From positions 1,216,001-1,280,000 of the forward strand of contig CAVZSV010000004.1 in assembly GCA_963778115.1 (NCBI GenBank): a DNA stretch of 64,000 bases, given 5' to 3'. Shown here one piece after another: positions 38,818 to 49,443 of this stretch. The notes under the pieces were generated by a model. That model was not told where the DNA came from. It made no database searches and saw nothing but the letters and a program-made list of their open reading frames with translations. Each line of letters starts with the position of its first letter. Within the stretch, counting starts at the first letter, position 1. A program made the position numbers and the translations under genes. The stretch is from an uncultured delta proteobacterium. GTDB taxonomy: Bacteria > Bdellovibrionota > FAC87 > UBA2466.

Positions 38818-39573
38818 ATGAAAGAGACTAACTACCAATCGATATTGAAAGCTGAGTTCGAGAGCCGCAGGGCGAGAAATGCCAGCTATTCGCTCAGAGC
38901 GTTTTCCCGACAACTAGCCATCAGCCCGGCTCAGCTTTCGCAACTTATCTCTGGTAGGCGCCCGCTAACTCGAAAGACGGCTACCAAAATAGCGGAGAGA
39001 CTAAGTTATTCACCCCGAGAAAGAACTCAACTTCTCGAATCGACGATTCCAGAGCTCCGGCAAGAATTACTGGAGACTCCCGAGGAGATTCGAGAAGAAG
39101 AGTTCCGGGTGATCGCAGACTGGTATCACTTTGCCATATTGAGTCTTGCGGAAGTCAGACGACACAAGGCGGATCCGAGATGGATCGCAAGCCGATTAGG
39201 CATTAGTGTCCCAGAAGCGGCGGGTGCTCTTAGACGACTCAGAACACTTCGATTCATCGATATCGCCGAGGGAAAGATCAAACCCCTTAGCAAAACGGTC
39301 AGGACGAGTTCCGATATCCCTTCCTCTGCCATTCGGCAGTACCACCAGCAAACTTTGGACAAAGCAAAGCAGAAATTGGAAGAGGTTTCCGTCCATGATA
39401 GAGAGTTTTCCACCATCACGACAGCCATCTCTAGAAAAAATATCCCGAAAGCAAAAGAGATGATTACGAAGTTTAAAAGAGAGGTCTCAGCCCTTCTTGA
39501 AAATGGAGAAAAGACTGCGGTCTATACTTTGGCGGTTCAGTTGTTTCCAGTGTCGAAATTGGAGGAGTCATGA
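38818..39573 (+). CDS. TIGR02147/DUF4423-like HTH protein
   Basis: RNASYSLRAFSRQLAISPAQLSQLISGRR, WYHFAIL, SSAIRQYH, REFS and VYTLAVQLFP. Confidence 0.88.
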   Translation: MKETNYQSILKAEFESRRARNASYSLRAFSRQLAISPAQLSQLISGRRPLTRKTATKIAERLSYSPRERTQLLESTIPELRQELLETPEEIREEEFRVIADWYHFAILSLAEVRRHKADPRWIASRLGISVPEAAGALRRLRTLRFIDIAEGKIKPLSKTVRTSSDIPSSAIRQYHQQTLDKAKQKLEEVSVHDREFSTITTAISRKNIPKAKEMITKFKREVSALLENGEKTAVYTLAVQLFPVSKLEES

Positions 39574-40244
39574 AAATAGGTGTTGCGGTAGTTGTTCTGT
39601 GGTTGAGCTTGTTTCTAGTGGGATGCGCAAGCACTCATCCTGGAAAGATGGGGACACTTCTTCACGAAGAGGAGCCTACTTCGATAGCCCTTAGTGCCGA
39701 CAAGCAGAATGGCTTTTCGGACGAGCATTATACGTTCGTCACCTTCACCGTGGAAAACAAAGCGGATTCGATGGTCCGCATTAAAACAGCGGAACTCACC
39801 TTCACCGACGGAAATGAGAAAGTGGCTAGCGTGATCGTCGGAAATGATCTGATCACTTGGGCGGAGGCTTTTGAGGCGGGGGCCAAGGCCAGAGAGCAAC
39901 GCAAAGCTATTGCGCGGACAGCCCTTCTGGTAGGGGGCGCTCTTTTAGGAATTACTGGGGTTGCTACTGATAACAATACACTAAAGTTATTGGGGGCTGG
40001 TGCTGGAGTGGCAGGAGCCTCTTGGAGTTTGGGATCGTCCATCACAAATTCAGTCAGGGATGCGAATAATCCCAGTAAGGTTCCTGAAAATCACCTTTAT
40101 GCTCCTTTTTCAGTTCCTGCCGGACTCTACATGCGCAGATGGGCAGTTCTACAGAAGCCTGTGGGAACCGAAATCAAAAAAATAAAAGTAAGTTTAACCT
40201 TCGATAACGATGCGGAGAGCGAATATGAAGTCGCACTCGACTAA
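39570..40244 (+). CDS. Hypothetical lipoprotein with a glycine-zipper-like segment
   Basis: Lipobox LVGC, GGAGG RBS and GGALLG...GAGAGVAGA. Confidence 0.8.
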   Translation: MKIGVAVVVLWLSLFLVGCASTHPGKMGTLLHEEEPTSIALSADKQNGFSDEHYTFVTFTVENKADSMVRIKTAELTFTDGNEKVASVIVGNDLITWAEAFEAGAKAREQRKAIARTALLVGGALLGITGVATDNNTLKLLGAGAGVAGASWSLGSSITNSVRDANNPSKVPENHLYAPFSVPAGLYMRRWAVLQKPVGTEIKKIKVSLTFDNDAESEYEVALD

Positions 40245-40884
40245 CTTAGGAATCTTAGTTTTTCTCCTTTCTTGTGGCTTTGCTCAACCCTGCTTCGCTT
40301 TGATGGGTGGCAATGAAGTCGGAAATGGAGGCAATGCTATTGTCTGTCCGGCCAGCACCCAGCTATTAGACATTTACGAAGCCAAGCTACTTAGGGGGGT
40401 AAAGTTGGATCCGTCTCTCAAAAACGGGGATCCTTTCTTTGTTGCCCTGGGAAGAATCTCGATTCTCTCGGAGATAGATCCCAAGACAGCAAAGATCGTT
40501 CGAAAGTCTTTAGAAAAATTAAAAACTCAGATCAGCTTTGAAACCGCAATAAGCATACGCCCCATCGACGATTCGAAACACAGCTTTGCTCCGAGTGATC
40601 CTAAGTGTCGGGTTCAACAGCTAGCGGTCTTTCGTAAAAAGGTTCTTCCAGGGGAGAAAACGGTTTTGGTGGATAAAACTATTTGGAATAAACTTCCTCC
40701 GGTCCATCAGGCGGGACTTCTGTTGCATGAAGCGATCTACCAATATTTATCGCAATTAGGTGAAAGCGATTCTACAAAGGCTCGGTATTTAGTTACCTTT
40801 CTGCTGAGCGATGCCTTTGGCGCTGGAAAGTCGGAGGAATATTGGGCCGTGATTAAGAAGTTAAGAGTACCGATTTATCGGTAA
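40210..40884 (+). CDS. Hypothetical exported protein (GGNEVGNGG type)
   Basis: Signal peptide, then GGNEVGNGG..VC..LLDIYE and LLLHEAIY. Likely start is MKSHS. Confidence 0.8.
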   Translation: MRRANMKSHSTNLGILVFLLSCGFAQPCFALMGGNEVGNGGNAIVCPASTQLLDIYEAKLLRGVKLDPSLKNGDPFFVALGRISILSEIDPKTAKIVRKSLEKLKTQISFETAISIRPIDDSKHSFAPSDPKCRVQQLAVFRKKVLPGEKTVLVDKTIWNKLPPVHQAGLLLHEAIYQYLSQLGESDSTKARYLVTFLLSDAFGAGKSEEYWAVIKKLRVPIYR

Positions 40885-40910
40885 CGACGAACACGCCCCT
40901 GGATAATGGC

Positions 40911-40956
40911 TGTCATTGAGGAGCAAGAGCGAAGCAATCCCCTCGCAGAAGAACCC
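40911..40956. repeat. Degenerate GTCATTGCGAGGAGC...GAAGCAATC-type palindromic element
   Basis: TGTCATTGAGGAGCAAGAGCGAAGCAATCCCCTCGCA between convergent genes. Related sequence occurs at 49333 and 50318. Confidence 0.55.
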
Positions 40957-40961
40957 CGACG

Positions 40962-41537
40962 TTACGGGAAATACGCCGTCCGATGAATCAACTTTTCCTT
41001 CAGATAATTTTCTTCAAGCGTATAACTTCTCCCGAACCTATCCAACTCACTAATCTCAAAGTTCTTAGGCAAATTAAACGCCACCTCACGAGCCACCGCA
41101 AACGCCTTCTCCAAAACGAACTTGCCTCCAGGTGAAAAGTTAGAGAGCCAGAACTTTTCCAATTTAGAGTAATCAGGCCCTCCCCAAGGAGGATCCAGGA
41201 AAACCGCATCGGCGGGCCTCTCTCCCATCCGCAAGAAATCTTGATTTCGAAATTCGATTTGCCCTTCGACTCCGAACAACTCCGCATTATATCTCGCCAT
41301 GGCTAAACGCCGGAGATTCAGATCCACTGCAATCACCTTTTTTCCCGCTCTAGCTAAAGCGATAGCTATTCCCCCAACTCCACAAAAGGCGTCGATCACA
41401 AGCTTGCCCGAAATGCGCTTCGCGATGGTCTCTCCTACCTCTTGAGGCGTCAGTGAATACAACCCTTCGTCATCAAATTGCATTTTTTGTTCGAGAGGTG
41501 ATAGCCGATCTAGGTATTTTTGGAGAGTGCTATTCAT
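40962..41537 (-). CDS. SAM-dependent methyltransferase resembling trimethylguanosine synthase (TGS1)
   Basis: FDDEGLYSLTP, IDAFCGVGG, VIAVD, ARYNAELFGV and VFLDPPWGGPDY. Confidence 0.85.
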   Translation of the reverse strand: MNSTLQKYLDRLSPLEQKMQFDDEGLYSLTPQEVGETIAKRISGKLVIDAFCGVGGIAIALARAGKKVIAVDLNLRRLAMARYNAELFGVEGQIEFRNQDFLRMGERPADAVFLDPPWGGPDYSKLEKFWLSNFSPGGKFVLEKAFAVAREVAFNLPKNFEISELDRFGRSYTLEENYLKEKLIHRTAYFP

Positions 41538-41650
41538 TGGCCGGGGACCCTACCATAGATTTTGCCTCATCTCCATTCATTAACTAAAAGTCAATAGATA
41601 GCCACTATTATTCACTAGTGGTAATTTACCGATTATGGCAATGTCTAGTC

Positions 41651-41704
41651 ATGAGCAGCACCCGACTTCATAAAGGCTGGCGACACTTAGTAAATTGGCG
41701 ATAA
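41651..41704 (+). CDS. trpL: Putative trp leader peptide MSSTRLHKGWRHLVNWR
   Basis: 17-codon ORF with two TGG codons, ending 123 bp before trpE. It is absent from the ORF track. Confidence 0.6.
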   Translation: MSSTRLHKGWRHLVNWR

Positions 41705-41827
41705 GGCCAGTAAAGTAATTGTTATTGGGTGCAGGCTCAGTAGCCCTGAAGTTCCCACAGGCGTCCCTTCCCCCACTGAGAACTCTGCCCCACCATCGAA
41801 TTAAGAATGAAGTAAAGAGAGTGAATC

Positions 41828-43315
41828 ATGGCAGGTCTCAGACATATGCAGGAAGAAGTAAATCCCCCTAGGATTTCGCGAAATCTTATCCATTTAGAAA
41901 AGCCTCTTTTGAAGGAACTTGAGGATGTTTTGGCTCCCGCAGAGGCTTGCCAGAGACTTCACTTGGAAAAGGAGTCCTGCTTTCTTTTCGAGCGTGCTAG
42001 CGGGAACGGTAGTAACACTTCTTACTTAATGTTTTCGCCGATCGTAACTTTTCGGATTCGTCCGGAAGGACTCTTAGTCGAACGCGATGGCTTTTGCGAA
42101 ACCGTCTTAGGAAATCCTGTCCGAGAGTTGCAGCGGATTCTTGAAAAGAGTCTAGTGGATGCCGGAAAAGAGGTTCCGCTTTTCTCGTGTGGAGTCGTCG
42201 GATATTTGGGGTACGACTGTATTCGCTATCTTGAGAATATTTCGCTTCCCGAGATAGCTTCTGGTGAGGACGAAGCTTGTCTGGTTCTCTTCAGACATAT
42301 CCTAGTAGCTAACCACGAGACAAAGAAAACCCTGTTAGTCAGCCACAGGCTTCCCACGGATGACCGCACTGAAATTGCAAAAGCTCAGTTTGAGATTACC
42401 AAGCAATTATCCACGAGTTGTCCTAACGAAATTGAGGAAGCGTTTTATTCTCGCCCAGAGCTTTCGGAAACCGTAACGCTCAGCCCTTTGGAAACCCAAA
42501 GTGATTTCACTGCTTCAGTCTCTAAAATACGAGAACACATTAGTGTAGGAGATATCTTCCAATGCGTCATCTCCAAGCGCTTTATGGGTAAAGGAAGGCC
42601 CTCGTCGCTAAATGTTTACGAGAAGCTGCGAAAGACCAACGCCTCTCCTTATCACTTTCACTTCTCTGGCGGCGGTCAAACTTTGGTAGGTGCTTCTCCC
42701 GAAATGTTAGTCAAAGTGAGTGGAAAAACGATCTCTACCTGTCCCATCGCGGGAACTCGCCCCAGAGGAGCTGATGCCGAGAGTGACAAACGACGAGAAA
42801 GGCAACTATTAGAAAGTACCAAAGAGACTTCCGAGCATGTAATGCTTGTCGATCTTAGTAGAAACGATATCGGCAAGGTATCTCGCCCTGGAACGGTTCG
42901 GGTGACTGAATTCATGAAAGTGCACCGCTTTTCTCATGTGATGCACTTAGTCTCCGTGGTGGAAGGAGATCTCTGCGAAACGTATTCGCCCTTGGATGCT
43001 CTTTTCTCCTGCTTCCCCGCGGGCACGTTAACCGGAACTCCTAAGATTCGGGCCATGCAAATCATCTCTCAATTGGAAAAAAAGAGAAGAGGTGCTTACG
43101 GCGGCGCTGTCGTGCTTTACGACTTTCGGGGTGAACTTGATAGCTGCATCAATATCCGCAGCATGCTAAGCCACGGAGAAGAATGCTACGTGCAGGCCGG
43201 AGCCGGCATCGTCTTCGACTCTCGTCCAGCGCGAGAAGAAGAAGAGATCGAAAATAAATCAATGGCAACACGACGGGCGATTGAAGGGAGCGTAGATGCT
43301 ACTTCTCATCGATAA
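41828..43315 (+). CDS. trpE: Anthranilate synthase component I
   Basis: [43 protein letters not shown] and QAGAGIV. First gene of the trp operon. Confidence 0.93.
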   Translation: MAGLRHMQEEVNPPRISRNLIHLEKPLLKELEDVLAPAEACQRLHLEKESCFLFERASGNGSNTSYLMFSPIVTFRIRPEGLLVERDGFCETVLGNPVRELQRILEKSLVDAGKEVPLFSCGVVGYLGYDCIRYLENISLPEIASGEDEACLVLFRHILVANHETKKTLLVSHRLPTDDRTEIAKAQFEITKQLSTSCPNEIEEAFYSRPELSETVTLSPLETQSDFTASVSKIREHISVGDIFQCVISKRFMGKGRPSSLNVYEKLRKTNASPYHFHFSGGGQTLVGASPEMLVKVSGKTISTCPIAGTRPRGADAESDKRRERQLLESTKETSEHVMLVDLSRNDIGKVSRPGTVRVTEFMKVHRFSHVMHLVSVVEGDLCETYSPLDALFSCFPAGTLTGTPKIRAMQIISQLEKKRRGAYGGAVVLYDFRGELDSCINIRSMLSHGEECYVQAGAGIVFDSRPAREEEEIENKSMATRRAIEGSVDATSHR

Positions 43316-43865
43316 TTACGATTCGTTCACTTACAACCTCTATCAATATTTCGAAGAGCTGGGTGCTCCTACCAAAGTCATTCGAAACGACGACATGTCA
43401 GTAGCCCAGATTCGAGCTCTTAACCCCCAAGGGATTGTTCTCTCTCCCGGTCCTGGAAACCCCGACGAAGCGGGCGTTACCCTTTCCGTGATTCAAGAAT
43501 TGGGTCATCAGATCCCCATCCTTGGTATCTGTCTGGGACACCAAGCCATTGGGCAAGTCTTTGGCGGAAAAGTCACTCGTGCCGATAGGCTAGTGCACGG
43601 AAAAACCTCGTCGATTGTTCACAACGGAAACGGGCTTTTTCGCGGTCTTCGAAGCCCATTCAAAGCCACTCGCTACCATTCGCTAGTGGTAAATCCCAGT
43701 TCGATGCCCGAATGCCTGGAAGTGACCGCTCAAACCGAAGATGGCGTAATTATGGGCCTTCGCCACAAAGTCTATAACGTTCAAGGGGTTCAATTCCATC
43801 CTGAATCGATCTTAACCGAAGGGGGAAAAACGCTGCTTTCTAATTTTATGGGAACAATAGCGTGA
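43296..43865 (+). CDS. trpG: Anthranilate synthase component II (glutamine amidotransferase)
   Basis: [27 protein letters not shown] and QFHPES. Confidence 0.96.
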   Translation: MLLLIDNYDSFTYNLYQYFEELGAPTKVIRNDDMSVAQIRALNPQGIVLSPGPGNPDEAGVTLSVIQELGHQIPILGICLGHQAIGQVFGGKVTRADRLVHGKTSSIVHNGNGLFRGLRSPFKATRYHSLVVNPSSMPECLEVTAQTEDGVIMGLRHKVYNVQGVQFHPESILTEGGKTLLSNFMGTIA

Positions 43866-44869
43866 AGAGTTATTTAACATCTCTTTTTGAGGGAAAAACG
43901 CTATCCCAGAGCGATGCAGAGGCCGTTTTGGGGCTCGTACTCGACGGCTCCGCAACTTCCGAACAAATAGCCGCCGTGCTAACCGCGATTCAGGTTCGGG
44001 GCGAGACCAAAGCCGAGATTCTAGGATTTCTCTCCGCCATTGATAGCAGGGCCACTCGGGTCAGCCTTACGGGAAAAGCTTTCGATACCTGCGGGACCGG
44101 AGGCGATGGAAGCCTTACCTTTAACATCTCAACTGCAACGGCACTGCTACTGGCTTCAACGGGCGTTAACGTCGCAAAGCATGGAAACCGATCGGTCTCA
44201 AGCCTCTCAGGAAGTGCGGATGTCCTAGAAGCCCTTGGCATTCCGACCGATCTGACCGCTAGCGAAGCCGCCATAGCCGTCGAGAATAAGGGATTTGGAT
44301 TTTTATTCGCCCCGAGATTTCATCCCACCTTTGCCGCTGTGAGTTCAGTGAGACGAGCTCTAGGAGTGAGAACGATCTTTAATCTTCTGGGGCCGCTAGC
44401 CAATCCAGCCCCTATCCACCGACGAATCATTGGACTCTTCGATGTGAATCGATTGCCGCTCATCGCTCAGGTGCTGCAGGAACGAGGCGAAGATGAGGCT
44501 ATGGTAGTGGCATCAGATGACGGGATGGACGAAATTAGTTTGAGTAGCCCCACCCAAGTAGCTCATTTAAAAAAAGGCGAGATCCTTCGCTACGAAATCA
44601 GCCCGCAGGATTTTGGGATCGAATCGGCTAACGTAGCGTCGCTTCGGGGGGGAGATCCTTCCCACAACGCTAAAATCATCGAACGAGTTCTTTGCGGAGA
44701 ACTAGAAGGCCCTTGCTTGGACGTCGTGCTCATGAATACGGCGGCAGCCTTGACAGTGGCAGGACGCGCTTCGGATTTCCGCGAAGGAATGTTGATTGGT
44801 CGGCAAGCAATTCGTTCGGGCGATGCTAGACAAGTTTTGGGTATTCTTCGTCAGAAGGTAAGCGCATGA
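43862..44869 (+). CDS. trpD: Anthranilate phosphoribosyltransferase
   Basis: [33 protein letters not shown] and DEIS. Confidence 0.97.
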   Translation: MKSYLTSLFEGKTLSQSDAEAVLGLVLDGSATSEQIAAVLTAIQVRGETKAEILGFLSAIDSRATRVSLTGKAFDTCGTGGDGSLTFNISTATALLLASTGVNVAKHGNRSVSSLSGSADVLEALGIPTDLTASEAAIAVENKGFGFLFAPRFHPTFAAVSSVRRALGVRTIFNLLGPLANPAPIHRRIIGLFDVNRLPLIAQVLQERGEDEAMVVASDDGMDEISLSSPTQVAHLKKGEILRYEISPQDFGIESANVASLRGGDPSHNAKIIERVLCGELEGPCLDVVLMNTAAALTVAGRASDFREGMLIGRQAIRSGDARQVLGILRQKVSA

Positions 44870-45666
44870 CAACGACAAATTCCAATAAACTTACCGAAAT
44901 CGCTGATTTCACGAGAGGCCGAATTGCCCGCGCGCGAAGCCAACTACCGTTGGAGCTACTGTGGGACCAAGTTTCGCTAAGCCCCAATCCCCATTCCGTC
45001 TTAGGCGCTTTTCGTACGAAAGGGGTTCATATCATTGCGGAGATCAAGCGCCAAAGCCCCTCGCGAGGCAAGATCGCTGTAGCCGCGGAGCCATTAGACA
45101 TAGCAAGCGAATACTTGAAGGCCGGGGCCACGGCCCTTTCTGTCCTTACGGAACCAGAATATTTTGGGGGGGATATCACATTTCTAAGTCGCATTCGTAC
45201 GGTTTTTCCTAATAGCCTTCTACTTATGAAGGATTTTATTATCGACGAGTACCAGCTTATACAAGCAAGGCTAGCGGGTGCTGACATGGTGCTGCTCATG
45301 GTAAATCTCTTGGGATCGAGCCAGCTTTACTCTTTTTACGAAAAAGCCCGTGAGCTTGGCCTTACTCCCCTTGTGGAGGTCCACGACGAAACCGAATTAA
45401 CCATCGCCCGCGATCTGGGCGCCGAACTCATAGGAATTAATAACCGGGATTTAAAAACGCTAGAAGTCTCTTTGCAGACCTCGGAACTTTTAGCCAAGCA
45501 CCTTCCAACAAACGCCATCGCCATAAGTGAAAGCGGGATCAAAGAAGGTTTCCAAGTGAAAGAGCTACGAAGTCTCGGCTATCAGGGATTTCTCGTCGGA
45601 ACCAGCCTTATGGAGCAACCCTCTCCCGGAGAAGCCCTCCGAACTCTATTACGGACGAGCCAATGA
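44866..45666 (+). CDS. trpC: Indole-3-glycerol phosphate synthase
   Basis: IAEIKRQSPS, SVLTE, KDFII, LVEVH, GINNRDL and ESGI. Confidence 0.97.
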   Translation: MTTTNSNKLTEIADFTRGRIARARSQLPLELLWDQVSLSPNPHSVLGAFRTKGVHIIAEIKRQSPSRGKIAVAAEPLDIASEYLKAGATALSVLTEPEYFGGDITFLSRIRTVFPNSLLLMKDFIIDEYQLIQARLAGADMVLLMVNLLGSSQLYSFYEKARELGLTPLVEVHDETELTIARDLGAELIGINNRDLKTLEVSLQTSELLAKHLPTNAIAISESGIKEGFQVKELRSLGYQGFLVGTSLMEQPSPGEALRTLLRTSQ

Positions 45667-46280
45667 AGGTTAAGATTTGCGGAATCACGAGGCTAGAAGA
45701 TGCACAGCTCGCCGTGGAGCTAGGAGCCTTTGCTGTTGGGTTCATTTTTTATGAGAAGAGTCCTAGAGCCGTTTCGGCGACCCAAGCTAGAGCCATTATC
45801 AACCAGCTACCCCATGAAATCCTTAAAGTGGGAGTCTTTGTAAACGAGACGGTAGAGAAGATGCTTCAGATTCAAAACGAGTCTGGAATTACTACGTTTC
45901 AACTGCATGGAGAAGAAAACTCTCAAACGGCTTCACGCCTTGCTTCATTCATTAAAGCGATTAGGCCTAAAACTGGTGAAGACGTTGCTACGCTTTCCCA
46001 GTTTCCCAGTGCTTGTTATTTTCTGGTGGATTCCTATAGCGCAGAGCAATACGGGGGGACGGGTAAGAGAGCCCAAGAGAGTTTGGCAATCGCAGCAAAA
46101 GCGTTTGGTCCCGTCATTTTAGCTGGCGGACTCACTTCGGAAAATGTTATCGAAGCGATTCAAAAGATTGAGCCCGTAGGGGTTGATGTTTCCAGTGGAG
46201 TCGAAAAAGAACCCGGAATCAAAGATCCGATTAAACTACGAAACTTTTTCAAAGCCGTCGCTTTAAGTAGGGAGTTTTAG
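45663..46280 (+). CDS. trpF: Phosphoribosylanthranilate isomerase
   Basis: [25 protein letters not shown] and DVSSGVE. Confidence 0.97.
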   Translation: MKVKICGITRLEDAQLAVELGAFAVGFIFYEKSPRAVSATQARAIINQLPHEILKVGVFVNETVEKMLQIQNESGITTFQLHGEENSQTASRLASFIKAIRPKTGEDVATLSQFPSACYFLVDSYSAEQYGGTGKRAQESLAIAAKAFGPVILAGGLTSENVIEAIQKIEPVGVDVSSGVEKEPGIKDPIKLRNFFKAVALSREF

Positions 46281-46281
46281 G

Positions 46282-47487
46282 ATGCGACTGGGAAATCAAT
46301 ATCCAGATGCTTCAGGACACTTTGGCGAATATGGCGGCAGCTTTGTCGCCGATACGCTGGTCGAGCCTTTACGCGAAGTGACCCAAGCCTATCTCTCCTT
46401 GCGAAACGATTTTACCTTTCAGAAGGAGCTCAAAGGTTATCTACAAAATTACGTGGGGCGCGAAACTCCCCTGACCTTTGCCGAAAGGCTTACCCAGTCC
46501 CTAAAGGGGGCCAAGATCTATTTGAAGCGAGAAGATCTCGCTCACACCGGAGCTCACAAGATCAACAACGCTTTAGGACAGGTTCTAGTGGCTAAGCACA
46601 TGGGCAAGAAAAGAATCATCGCCGAAACAGGAGCCGGCCAGCACGGAGTGGCAACTGCCACAGTCTCAGCTCTCATGGGGCTAACGTGCACTATCTACAT
46701 GGGAGCGGAAGACAGAAAACGCCAAGCTCTCAATGTGACTAGAATGAAAATGCTGGGAGCTGAAGTAGTAACCGTAAACGCCGGGAGCCAAACTTTAAAA
46801 GACGCAATCAGCGAAGCGATGCGGGATTGGGTGACTCACGTAGAGGATAGTTATTACCTTTTGGGCTCAGCCCTTGGCCCTCATCCCTACCCTATGATGG
46901 TAAGAGATTTTCAATCGGTCATTGGGATTGAAGCTCGCCAACAGATCTTAGAACGGGAAGAAAAACTTCCCAACGAGCTTGTGGCCTGTGTCGGGGGGGG
47001 AAGCAATGCGATAGGACTGTTCTATGCTTTTCTCGACGATAGTTCAGTGCAAATGACGGGGGTAGAAGCCGCGGGCCACGGGATTCAATCTGGCCGGCAT
47101 GCGGCACGCTTTGCCGGAGGCTCCAAAGGAGTGCTTCACGGAACGATGACCTTTCTACTGCAAGACGAAAACGGACAAATTCAAAATACCCACAGTATCT
47201 CGGCGGGATTAGACTATGCGGCCGTGGGTCCCGAGCACTCTTTGCTTCGTGACTTAAATCGCGCGACCTATACTTCGGTTACCGATGAACAGGCTCTCAA
47301 CGCTTTCCACGTACTCGCCAAAACGGAAGGTATCTTACCTGCGTTAGAAAGTTCCCATGCCATCGCTTATGTATTGAAACGTGCCCCAGAAATGAGTCCC
47401 AGCGATATTCTCTTGGTAAACCTCTCCGGTCGCGGAGATAAGGATGTGGATCAGATAGCAGCGGTCACTAATGGAGAGCCCTTATGA
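46282..47487 (+). CDS. trpB: Tryptophan synthase beta chain
   Basis: [37 protein letters not shown] and NLSGRGDKD. Confidence 0.98.
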   Translation: MRLGNQYPDASGHFGEYGGSFVADTLVEPLREVTQAYLSLRNDFTFQKELKGYLQNYVGRETPLTFAERLTQSLKGAKIYLKREDLAHTGAHKINNALGQVLVAKHMGKKRIIAETGAGQHGVATATVSALMGLTCTIYMGAEDRKRQALNVTRMKMLGAEVVTVNAGSQTLKDAISEAMRDWVTHVEDSYYLLGSALGPHPYPMMVRDFQSVIGIEARQQILEREEKLPNELVACVGGGSNAIGLFYAFLDDSSVQMTGVEAAGHGIQSGRHAARFAGGSKGVLHGTMTFLLQDENGQIQNTHSISAGLDYAAVGPEHSLLRDLNRATYTSVTDEQALNAFHVLAKTEGILPALESSHAIAYVLKRAPEMSPSDILLVNLSGRGDKDVDQIAAVTNGEPL

Positions 47488-48305
47488 TCCTCTCTCGGAC
47501 TTTCCAAAACCTTAAAGAGCAAGGGGAGAAAGCATTCGTCGCCTATCTCACCGCAGGGGATCCCACGACGAAGGCGACATTTCGCTACGTGCGAACTTTG
47601 AGTCGAGCAGGGGCTACCGTTATCGAGTTGGGAGTTCCTCACAGCGATCCCGTGGCCGATGGTCCAACCAATGCGATGGCAGCAGAACGCGCGTTGAAGA
47701 ACAATACTTCTTTGAGCGATGTTTTAAACTTGGTGCGCGATCTCCGAGAAGAAGGCGAAAAGGTCCCTCTTGTTTTGTTTACCTACCTAAATCCCATCTT
47801 ACGAATGGGAATAGCAGCCTTTGCAAAAAGGGCCCAAGAGTGCGGAGTTAGTGGAGTCTTGGTGGTCGATCTCCCCCCGGAAGAGGCGACAAGCTACATC
47901 GCGGAGTTAAAGGCAAAATCAGTCGAGACCGTTTTTCTTTGCTCACCTACGACCACCCGGGAACGCTTATCAAAAATAGCGGAAAGCTCTTCAGGGTTTG
48001 TCTATTATGTTTCTCGTACGGGTGTTACCGGAGTGCAAAGCCAACTGTCGCTCAGTCTTCAGAATAAAGTAAACGAGCTTAAACGTTTTATCGAAAAACC
48101 CATCTGTGTCGGCTTCGGTGTCTCCACCGCCCAGCATGTTAGCGAAGTATTGCAAGTAGCGGACGGGGTAGTGGTAGGCAGTTGTTTCGTGGATATTATC
48201 GCTAGCTCCACGTCTATCGATGAGACAGACCTTTTATTAGAAAAGAAAATGAAAGAACTAAGGCAAGGAATACCAGAAATAAATAAAGGTAAGACGCAAT
48301 GCTAA
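47484..48305 (+). CDS. trpA: Tryptophan synthase alpha chain
   Basis: [35 protein letters not shown] and DGVVVGS. Confidence 0.97.
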   Translation: MILSRTFQNLKEQGEKAFVAYLTAGDPTTKATFRYVRTLSRAGATVIELGVPHSDPVADGPTNAMAAERALKNNTSLSDVLNLVRDLREEGEKVPLVLFTYLNPILRMGIAAFAKRAQECGVSGVLVVDLPPEEATSYIAELKAKSVETVFLCSPTTTRERLSKIAESSSGFVYYVSRTGVTGVQSQLSLSLQNKVNELKRFIEKPICVGFGVSTAQHVSEVLQVADGVVVGSCFVDIIASSTSIDETDLLLEKKMKELRQGIPEINKGKTQC

Positions 48306-49309
48306 TCTTAATGGTGAACGAGCCCAACCAAACCCAAATCGAATCGGTGATGGCAAAAGTAAGAGAGATGGGATTAAAACCTCACTTGATCCCTGGAGGT
48401 CACTCTACGGCGATAGGAATTACCGGCAACCAGAGTGCTTTAGATCCAACCCTTTTTACCTCGTTAGACGGAGTCAGAGAGGCCATTCCAGTTACGAAGC
48501 CCTATAAACTTGCTAGCCACGACTTTAAATATTCGAAAACCGAGGTCAGAGTCGGAGACGTAGTCTTTGGACCCAATACCTTTGTGGTCATTGCGGGCCC
48601 GTGTGCGGTTGAGAGCGAAGAGCAGACAATACGAATTGCTAAGGCCGTTAAGAAAGCGGGAGCCAATATTTTGCGAGGTGGAGCCTTCAAGCCGCGCACT
48701 TCGCCTTATGCGTTCCAAGGGCTTGGGCTTGAAGGGCTAAAGATTTTAAAGACAGCTCGCGAGGAGACGGGACTTCCTGTTGTCACCGAAGCGGTTGATT
48801 TGCAAAGCTTGGAACTGGTCAATGAATACGCTGATATTATTCAATTAGGAGCTCGCAACATGCAAAACTTCTCCCTGCTACAGGCGGCGGGAAGACTTAA
48901 AAAACCCGTCATGCTCAAACGAGGCCTTTCGGCAACGGTGGACGAGTGGTTAATGGCGGCCGAATATATTCTTAATGAAGGAAACGATCAGGTGATCCTC
49001 TGCGAGCGAGGAATCCGCTCTTTTGATAACTTCACACGTAACACGGTCGATATCGGTGCTGTGATTGGACTCAAACTACAAAGCCATCTTCCCATTATCG
49101 TCGATCCGAGCCACGGAACCGGACGCAGGCAGATGGTCATCCCCATGGGGAAAGCAGCCCTTGCGATCGGCGCCAACGGAGTCATGGTGGATGTTCACGA
49201 TAGGCCCAAAGAAGCCCTCTGTGACGGGCCTCAGGCCATTCTTCCGAATGAGTTTGAACAGATGGTAGCGACTTTTAAGCAAATGGCGCCAGCGCTCTCT
49301 GCGGTTTAA
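48299..49309 (+). CDS. aroF: DAHP synthase type I-beta with N-terminal ACT/ferredoxin-like regulatory domain
   Basis: IAGPCAVE, RGGAFKPRTSPY, GARNMQNF, KRG, CERGIR and DPSH. Confidence 0.93.
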   Translation: MLILMVNEPNQTQIESVMAKVREMGLKPHLIPGGHSTAIGITGNQSALDPTLFTSLDGVREAIPVTKPYKLASHDFKYSKTEVRVGDVVFGPNTFVVIAGPCAVESEEQTIRIAKAVKKAGANILRGGAFKPRTSPYAFQGLGLEGLKILKTAREETGLPVVTEAVDLQSLELVNEYADIIQLGARNMQNFSLLQAAGRLKKPVMLKRGLSATVDEWLMAAEYILNEGNDQVILCERGIRSFDNFTRNTVDIGAVIGLKLQSHLPIIVDPSHGTGRRQMVIPMGKAALAIGANGVMVDVHDRPKEALCDGPQAILPNEFEQMVATFKQMAPALSAV

Positions 49310-49332
49310 CGGGTAATAATATTTATTTGTTT

Positions 49333-49397
49333 GTCATTGCGACTATGGGAAAGGGAGTCAAGTGGTAGACGAGTCCCTTTCCCATAGTCGCAATGAC
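49333..49397. repeat. 65-bp palindromic element with 24-bp perfect arms at the end of the trp operon
   Basis: GTCATTGCGACTATGGGAAAGGGA-N17-TCCCTTTCCCATAGTCGCAATGAC between convergent genes. Confidence 0.9.
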
Positions 49398-49443
49398 CTT
49401 GGTGACGGACTACAAACTTACCTGTCATGGCGAGGAGCAGGCC

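Noticed and set aside
41602..41630. TrpR operator (CACTAGTG and GGTAATTTACC dyads)
   Set aside because: The dyads are short, do not match the paired enteric TrpR box, and no trpR is in the window.
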